From the IMG/VR virus record IMGVR_UViG_3300046058_000006: DNA of 64,000 nt; one strand, given 5' to 3'. The notes beneath the pieces were generated by a model. The model was given only the letters and a program-made list of their open reading frames with translations. It had not been told where the DNA came from and made no database searches. The DNA comes from an uncultured virus (IMG/VR IMGVR_UViG_3300046058_000006). Lineage: Duplodnaviria > Heunggongvirae > Uroviricota > Caudoviricetes. Position numbers and translations under genes: made by a program. Positions 57,902 to 64,000 of the stretch are shown in pieces. Every line of letters starts with the position of its first letter. Within the stretch, counting starts at the first letter, position 1.

Positions 57902-58272
57902 GCTAACACGTCTCCGGGCATCACCGGGTCGCTTTCATCGACTGTGCGGCCCTGTTCGGCGTCAAACATTACGTCGCCGTCTACAATCGCGCCGGGGCAA
58001 CGCACTGCGTCGAACGGGCCGGCGTTCGCGTATTCTTGAATCGCCGAATGAAGCGCGGTACAGGTGATATACACCCGCGCGCCCTTTTGTGTGACCGCCC
58101 TGGTATCGTCGGTCTGTTCGTCCGTCGGCGACAGGCAGAAAAACCCGGTCTGTGGGTCTTTCAGCAACAGTACGCGGTCGGGGAACGGAAAGGGCATTTC
58201 GTGCCAAGCGCGCACAACTGCCGGCGAAAGCGATACACTGCCTTTCGTATTTGTAGCCGTAACGTATGCCAT
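57898..58272 (-). CDS. Hypothetical protein
   Basis: Heads the membrane-gene operon; ATGA overlap. Confidence 0.7.
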   Translation of the reverse strand: MAYVTATNTKGSVSLSPAVVRAWHEMPFPFPDRVLLLKDPQTGFFCLSPTDEQTDDTRAVTQKGARVYITCTALHSAIQEYANAGPFDAVRCPGAIVDGDVMFDAEQGRTVDESDPVMPGDVLA

Positions 58273-58314
58273 ATTTACTATCTGCGTCGAACGGTAATAA
58301 CTGTTTTGTCTGTG

Positions 58315-60168
58315 CTATTCGCTATCCAGTTCGTCCGCCAGCAGGCCGGCCGCGTCGCGTTCGTCGTCCGCCAGCGGTTTGCCTTCGGCGGCTTTGCGTA
58401 GCAGGTTCGCCGCGAAGCCCTTTGCATCTTCGTCGCTAACGAAATGGTGTAGAGCTTTTTCAGCGCGTCCTTCGTCGCCGTCAGCCGATTCTTCGCCGCC
58501 GTCAGCGGCCAGGTTGTCTATTTCTGCGTCGCCGTCCGGCCCGAAGCCGCCGTAATAGTCGTTCATAACGGCGCGTCGTTCGGTGTAGGCGTCGCCAAAG
58601 GACATTCCTTCGTCGCGCACGTCAACGATTAGCGCGTCGTCGCCGTTCGTGGGACGAAGCGCACGCCCGATAGTCTGGATCACTTCAACCGCCGACTTTC
58701 CGCCGTGTGCCAGGATAATCGCGTTAACATCGGGAATGTCAACGCCTTCTTTCAGCAACGTGGAAACCACTACGTCGATTTCACCGTCAGCGAACGCGGC
58801 CAGCTTTTCGTCGCGGTCAACCGTATCGGACGTAACGACTTCAGCCGTAACGTCGCTGTCGCGCCCGGCGATCTTTTCAACTATGAAGTGTGCTTGATCG
58901 ATCCGGTTGACGTTAACGATCGTTCGGCGACCGACCTGGCTAAGACCGACTGCCTTTTTCGCTATAGCGTCGTTGCGCGCGTCGCTGTGTTCGATACACC
59001 GCTTGTAAGCGTCGTGATATTCTTCCGCGCGACCGTTGCGGGTCGGGCCGTCGTGTTCGATCGTTTCGAAGCGCGGACGGGCCAGGTAGCCCTGCCGGAT
59101 CATGTATTCCGCGCCACGCGAATAGATCACAGGGCCGATCGCCCCGTTGATCCAGATTTCTTCAGGTTCGTTGCGCCGCCAGGGGGTTGCTGAAAGACCC
59201 AAGCGGAACGCGGACGGGAACAGTTGACCGACGCGGTGCATCGTATCGGCGACTGAAGTGCGGTGTGCTTCGTCGTAGATCGCCATGCCGTATTCGGCAG
59301 GCGATAGCGGCGCGTCGCCGTCAGCGCCGGACGTGCCTTTGCTAACAAGCGACTGCATGATAGCGACCGTAACTTGGTCGCCTTCGCGCCATTCGCCGTC
59401 GCCGATAATGCCGGGTTCGACGCCTAACAGGTCGCGGATTTCATCGGCCCACTGGTACAAAAGTTCGCGCGTATGCACGAACACCATGGTCTTGCGCCCG
59501 ACCTGCCGAATCGCGTGTAGCGCCGTGACAGTTTTGCCCGTGCCGGTAGGCAGTTCGATCACACCCGTCTGTTCTTCGGCGATCTTGTGGGCGGCTTCGT
59601 TCTGGTAGTCACGTAGTTCTTCTTCAAAGTGCCAGGACACGTCTATCGCGTCGCCTTTAAGACCGGATTCGGGGCCGGCCAGCGTAACGTCGAAACCTTC
59701 CGCTTCAAGAATCGCGGCCGCGCGGTCAACCAGGCCAAGGGGCGCGGTTCCCTGCCGGCGGTCTACGACGTGTTCGACTTCAGGGATTGACGGGTCAAAT
59801 TCAGCGTCGGGGTTTTCATACGCAAAGAAGTTATCCAGCACACCGATCGCCCGACCGCCGTCAATGTGAAACACGTTTTCGGCAGGGTCGCGCCGAAGCG
59901 TGACTTCAGGGCCGCTATCGTCGCCGGCGTTGATATAAAATTCGTCCTGTTGACTGCCGGTAGCGCGCCGAACCTGTTTCAGCGATTCTTCGCTGATTTC
60001 AACGGCCCATGCGAATTGATCGTCGTCTAATTGATCGTATTCGCGGGGGTAGCAGGGTTCGTAATGAACGACGCCCCATTCGGTGCTTTTTATGTCGCCT
60101 TTGTCCGCGCCGATAATCGCCAGCTTTTCGCCGTATTCCGTGTCAACGGTCGTCGTTTCGTAGCTCAT
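58315..60168 (-). CDS. SF2 DEAH helicase (XPB/Rad25-like)
   Basis: LRDYQ, LPTGTGKT, DEAH, LSATP, EGVDIP, QTIGRALR; start set at ATG 60168 after class promoter and hairpin. Confidence 0.93.
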   Translation of the reverse strand: MSYETTTVDTEYGEKLAIIGADKGDIKSTEWGVVHYEPCYPREYDQLDDDQFAWAVEISEESLKQVRRATGSQQDEFYINAGDDSGPEVTLRRDPAENVFHIDGGRAIGVLDNFFAYENPDAEFDPSIPEVEHVVDRRQGTAPLGLVDRAAAILEAEGFDVTLAGPESGLKGDAIDVSWHFEEELRDYQNEAAHKIAEEQTGVIELPTGTGKTVTALHAIRQVGRKTMVFVHTRELLYQWADEIRDLLGVEPGIIGDGEWREGDQVTVAIMQSLVSKGTSGADGDAPLSPAEYGMAIYDEAHRTSVADTMHRVGQLFPSAFRLGLSATPWRRNEPEEIWINGAIGPVIYSRGAEYMIRQGYLARPRFETIEHDGPTRNGRAEEYHDAYKRCIEHSDARNDAIAKKAVGLSQVGRRTIVNVNRIDQAHFIVEKIAGRDSDVTAEVVTSDTVDRDEKLAAFADGEIDVVVSTLLKEGVDIPDVNAIILAHGGKSAVEVIQTIGRALRPTNGDDALIVDVRDEGMSFGDAYTERRAVMNDYYGGFGPDGDAEIDNLAADGGEESADGDEGRAEKALHHFVSDEDAKGFAANLLRKAAEGKPLADDERDAAGLLADELDSE

Positions 60169-60242
60169 GGTTTGTCCGGGGTTCGTCGCCCCGTGATTAA
60201 CACGAATACCCGGACACGTATAAACCCATCGTCTTAGGGTAG

Positions 60243-60485
60243 TCAACCCCAATTCGATTCATTCAGCAAAAACACGAAATAGAAGAACTTACCGACCACA
60301 TACGGCAGGACGGCTATAACGATGGTAAGCGCCGCGCCAGCATGAATCGATACGTGAAACACGTTAGAAATTACCATGGATACGATACCGAAACAGGCCA
60401 ACAGGATAGCGCCGATAAACCAGCACACTACGCCGTCAACCTGTACGCTGTCATCATTCCAAATAAATTCATCTTCTTCGGTCAT
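60243..60485 (-). CDS. Small membrane protein
   Basis: Two hydrophobic helices; ATGA overlap. Confidence 0.65.
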   Translation of the reverse strand: MTEEDEFIWNDDSVQVDGVVCWFIGAILLACFGIVSMVISNVFHVSIHAGAALTIVIAVLPYVVGKFFYFVFLLNESNWG

Positions 60486-61126
60486 GCTGTCACCGCGTCA
60501 GCGATCCGGCGCGCTTTCTTTTGACCTATGCCATTAACGTTCGTTAGCTTTTCCGGTTCGGCGTGTGCAACGCGGAACACGCCGCCGGCGCTAACGAAAT
60601 GATCCAGCAGGCGCGACGCCAGTTCCGGGCCGACTGCCGGCAGGCCTTCGACAAGGTAACGCGGGCGCTTTTCAGGCGGCACGTCCGGCGCGTCGCGGAT
60701 ACTGGCCGGCGAAGCTTTGTCGTTGCGAAATTCGTTCGCGCGCTTGTCAACGACGTAGGCGGTCATTTCCTTATCGAACGTCGGCAGGACTTCTATACCC
60801 ATGCGCGGGACGGCTTCAATCGCGCCGATCACCGCTTTGTCGCTTATGTTGCGCATTGCCATGGTTTCTTTCCACCCGCCTTCAAGAATCAGCACGGGCT
60901 TCAGGTCGTTTTCTTCGCACGCGCTATACAGCGCGCCAAGTTGTGACCATATGCTGTTTTCGTTCTGCGTCAGCCGATCCACAAAGTCCGGGTAGCGCTT
61001 CCGTTCTATCAGGTATTCGCCAGCCAGGAAATCACCCGCGCCAAGCTTGTCCTTTTCGTAGTCGTCGCCGCTTTCAGCGAACGCGGCCGCGTGCATTTCC
61101 GGCGGTTCGCGCGTATCAATGATCAT
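60482..61126 (-). CDS. ERCC4/XPF-family structure-specific nuclease with HhH
   Basis: IIDTRE, GDF..IERK..D, LILEG, GLPAVG and GIGQKKA HhH motifs. Confidence 0.93.
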   Translation of the reverse strand: MIIDTREPPEMHAAAFAESGDDYEKDKLGAGDFLAGEYLIERKRYPDFVDRLTQNENSIWSQLGALYSACEENDLKPVLILEGGWKETMAMRNISDKAVIGAIEAVPRMGIEVLPTFDKEMTAYVVDKRANEFRNDKASPASIRDAPDVPPEKRPRYLVEGLPAVGPELASRLLDHFVSAGGVFRVAHAEPEKLTNVNGIGQKKARRIADAVTA

Positions 61127-61249
61127 AGTGAACCCCCGGCGGCTGTGTGATTATTTCGCCTTCGTTGTAGACGTGCGGTAGCAGGCCGGCGATCACCGGC
61201 GTCGGTTTGTCACCCATACCGAACGCGACGACCGGGAAGAATAAAAGCG

Positions 61250-63892
61250 TTACGCGAACGCCAGCAGTTCGGCCTGATTCGTCGCGTTCGGATTTAGATT
61301 AACCTGTTCGATCGCCTTCGTAAAGTAGTTTTGCCATATGTATGACCGGCTTTCCGGGGTAAAAGAAAAGGTGTCAACGCCCGCGCCAGGCACTTCTTGC
61401 GCCGCGCCATAGTCGGTATCTATTTCACCGTCCTTGTAGGCGCGCCAGGGTAGGGGTTCGTCCCGGTAGACCGGATGGATCACGCTTTCGCGCCCTGTAT
61501 CGAACTTGATATAAGGCACTTTGTCACCGCGTCCAAGCTTCGCGCCGTCGATGTACCCGGCTTCGACCGCCGCGTTATACATCTTCGCGGCCCTGGCGTG
61601 CGCCGTATGGTTCGAATACGTATCACAGTTACATTCGTCGCGGTCACACACGCATGACAGCCGTTTTCGAAGCGACGCACGCTTTACCAGGTCGCCGTCG
61701 CGGTCGCCGTCTAACACGGCGTCGCGTTCGTCTAAGATAATCGGCGCGGTCGGTTCATCTTCTAACAGCGCTTCGACCAAGCGCGCTTGTAGGTTTGACG
61801 CGCCCTTCAGCGTGTCCGACTTTTTGCACTTCAAGCCTACGACCTTGTGTTCGTCCGTCGCCTTTCCATCTTCCCAAACTTTCTTTACTGCATACGACTT
61901 TTTCTTGTCGGTCTGAATGAACCGCGACGCGACATAATCCACGTCCAATTCTATGAACGATTCATCGCCGTTCATTTTAAACCCGACAAGGTGTTTGATG
62001 TGTCGATTCAGGCTGTCTACAACAGCTTCCGCCGCGTCAGCCGCAACCTTGGCGCTGTCGTAGTCGTCCTTCAGGCTGATAAAGACGCTATCAGTGTCGC
62101 CGCCGATCACTTGGTCTACAGCGTCTATTTCGTTTTCTACGAACCGCCGGCTTTCGCGGATTAGGTACTGGCCGGTTTCGGTAATGTGTTCGGACATACC
62201 AGGGACGTAATAGCGGTGCAATGGCGACGCGACCACGCCGAACGACGAATTATACAGGGACTTAATACCCATATACATAGCCGCCGCGACTTTCTTTTCA
62301 GGCGTGCCGTTTTCCGCCGCGTTCCGGCGATCTTTAAATTCTTGCGCCAAATCTTCCAAGTCCGACGTAGCATCGGCCAGGATGCCCCGCTCGTAATCTG
62401 GATGCAAGAATCCGCCGCGCGCGTCGCCGTCCTTTTCAGGGTCGAAGCGGCTGTTAACACCTTCGATAAACGGCTGTTCCGTGTTCGCCCAATAGTCGCC
62501 AGGTCCGTCAGCCGTCTTGTTAACGTCTAACAGCTTCGGTTTCGTTATGATTTCCCGGTCGTCCAAGTAGTCGCCGACTTCTTTTTTCAGACCTTCGTAG
62601 CCGTCCGTATCAACCCAAGTGTTTTCGCCCATGTTTAGCGCCTGAATGATGCTTGGATACATCGAACTGAAGTCAGCGACGAATACCCATTCGTGCGTTC
62701 CCGGCGTCGTTTCGAACACGTAGCCGCCCGGAAATTCGCCAGTGTCCCGGTAGCGCCCGCGATCGGGGAACACGTAGCCCTGTTCGTTCGCGCGCCGTAA
62801 GATCACACCGTCAACGGCCTTTCCGACCGCGACGCGCGGGTAGCCGTTGCTGTCGTAGGTGATCGTAGACATTCGCGTATGCCCCTGTTTGCACACACGC
62901 GCGGTCGTTTCGACAAGTAGGTACTGTTCCGAAATGCGGCGCGTTAAATCCGCGTCCTGTAGGTTGTAGGACTTCAGGCGTTCCGGGTCGTTATTCCACC
63001 ATTCGCGTAGTTGCTTGTACGATTCGCTTTCGTCCATATCCTTCGAATCGCCTAATTCGTGTTCGGCGACCGAATCCAGGCCATAGCTGTCTAATTGGTC
63101 GCGCTTGAACGACCGGAACAGGCCCATGGCGTCGAAATGGATCAAGCCAAATTCCGGCCAGGTAAAGCCCGAAACGCGGTCACTTTCTTCAAGCCGGTTT
63201 TTCAGGTACGGCAGATCGAACGATTCGCTATTCCACCCGACAAGCACAAAGTAGTTTTCCAACAGACCGCCGTCGGAACGATCGGCCGGGTTCCCTATCA
63301 GTTCGGTGTAGATTTCCTGTTCCGTGCCAGTGATGAAAAATTCGTTGCCTTCGCCGTCAACCGCCGCGAAGGAAAGGATTTGCGCGTCCGCGTCGTCCGG
63401 TTCGGGGAACCCATCGGCCGGGTCTACTTCTATGTCAAAGTATAGCACGTCGCCCGGATCGGGCGTATCCAGTTCAAGCAGGTCCGGGCGATCGATTAAG
63501 ACGCGCCTGGCATAAGGCACGTCAGCCTGGTAGGTTTCCGGCACTATGTCAGCGTCGCTTTGCGGCATATCGGCCAGGTCGTCCCGAAGGTCGTCCAATT
63601 CGTTGCGAAAGCTACCGATCGTTCCGGGCGCTTCGGCTTCTACTTTCACGAAACCGTCCGGCGCATTATCGTAGTCCGGGTTCGTCCAAGCTTCCCACAG
63701 TTCGGTCTTAGACGTATCCAGTTCGCCCCATGGAATGTTATCAAAGTCGCCGACTTCCATGTAGAAGTACGGGTTGAACGGGGCTTTGAACTGTTTTCGG
63801 ACTTTTTCGCCGTTTTCTTTCATTAACAGCTCAACGTACAACGGATCGTCCGTATTGTCGAACCCATATTGCAGGTCGTACACGCGGGACAT
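61250..63892 (-). CDS. polB: Family B DNA polymerase
   Basis: Exonuclease FDIE, WNSESFD, YNLQD; polymerase DFSSMYPS, KSLYNSSFG, GDTDS, KKSY; C-terminal PIP-like QAELLAF. Confidence 0.97.
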   Translation of the reverse strand: MSRVYDLQYGFDNTDDPLYVELLMKENGEKVRKQFKAPFNPYFYMEVGDFDNIPWGELDTSKTELWEAWTNPDYDNAPDGFVKVEAEAPGTIGSFRNELDDLRDDLADMPQSDADIVPETYQADVPYARRVLIDRPDLLELDTPDPGDVLYFDIEVDPADGFPEPDDADAQILSFAAVDGEGNEFFITGTEQEIYTELIGNPADRSDGGLLENYFVLVGWNSESFDLPYLKNRLEESDRVSGFTWPEFGLIHFDAMGLFRSFKRDQLDSYGLDSVAEHELGDSKDMDESESYKQLREWWNNDPERLKSYNLQDADLTRRISEQYLLVETTARVCKQGHTRMSTITYDSNGYPRVAVGKAVDGVILRRANEQGYVFPDRGRYRDTGEFPGGYVFETTPGTHEWVFVADFSSMYPSIIQALNMGENTWVDTDGYEGLKKEVGDYLDDREIITKPKLLDVNKTADGPGDYWANTEQPFIEGVNSRFDPEKDGDARGGFLHPDYERGILADATSDLEDLAQEFKDRRNAAENGTPEKKVAAAMYMGIKSLYNSSFGVVASPLHRYYVPGMSEHITETGQYLIRESRRFVENEIDAVDQVIGGDTDSVFISLKDDYDSAKVAADAAEAVVDSLNRHIKHLVGFKMNGDESFIELDVDYVASRFIQTDKKKSYAVKKVWEDGKATDEHKVVGLKCKKSDTLKGASNLQARLVEALLEDEPTAPIILDERDAVLDGDRDGDLVKRASLRKRLSCVCDRDECNCDTYSNHTAHARAAKMYNAAVEAGYIDGAKLGRGDKVPYIKFDTGRESVIHPVYRDEPLPWRAYKDGEIDTDYGAAQEVPGAGVDTFSFTPESRSYIWQNYFTKAIEQVNLNPNATNQAELLAFA

Positions 63893-63949
63893 TACAGCCC
63901 GGCGCTTTGCCCCCCAAAGACTAAAGCGTTGCGTACCGCATTAGTAGAC

Positions 63950-64000
63950 GTGACTAACGAAACAGCGATCTTGGACGAAGCAAAGCAAATCGTTAACGAA
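63950..64000 (+). CDS. 5' fragment of a divergent gene (ILDEAKQIVN start resembles DUF6378-type proteins)
   Basis: GTG start, 17 codons open to the window edge. Confidence 0.35.
   Translation, partial: MTNETAILDEAKQIVNE

Noticed and set aside
61116..61217. 33-aa minus-strand micro-ORF between PolB and ERCC4
   Set aside because: Plausible but has no motif or other support, so it is not listed as a feature.
53097..63892. Inteins or introns in TerL, helicase or PolB
   Set aside because: Lengths are normal, and no intein splice motifs or LAGLIDADG blocks were seen.
1..64000. GAG/CTC loss as PAM avoidance, UV avoidance or simple codon bias
   Set aside because: TTC (a haloarchaeal I-B PAM and a dipyrimidine) is abundant, and the loss also covers out-of-frame and intergenic positions.
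1..64000. Provirus boundaries or host genes
   Set aside because: No integrase, att-linked tRNA or housekeeping genes were seen, and the k-mer signature is uniform across the window.

Overview
The window is about 64 kb of an apparently lytic haloarchaeal tailed dsDNA virus (Caudoviricetes, siphovirus-like). Support comes from the very acidic proteome, archaeal TATA/leaderless promoters, a viral TFB and HK97-type morphogenesis genes. The minus strand carries, right to left: PolB, ERCC4 nuclease, SF2 helicase, a membrane-protein array, a serine protease-nuclease-fold fusion, TerS, TerL, portal, gpF-like protein, accessory genes, prohead protease, scaffold, MCP, neck, tail tube, chaperones with a -1 frameshift, tape measure, adhesins, hub, primase-helicase and TFB. 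Small, mostly plus-strand cassettes with a shared promoter are inserted among these genes. Four things stand out. (1) The trinucleotide GAG/CTC is almost completely purged on both strands. (2) A dispersed ~250-bp element occurs in four copies with an invariant 35-bp core that resembles a solitary CRISPR repeat. (3) Three tandem, identically promoted structured ncRNA candidates lie next to the portal gene. (4) A Nal1-like protease is fused to a restriction-endonuclease-like domain beside six small membrane genes. No integrase, tRNA, rRNA or CRISPR array was found. All calls come from reading motifs by eye; no searches or counts were run computationally.
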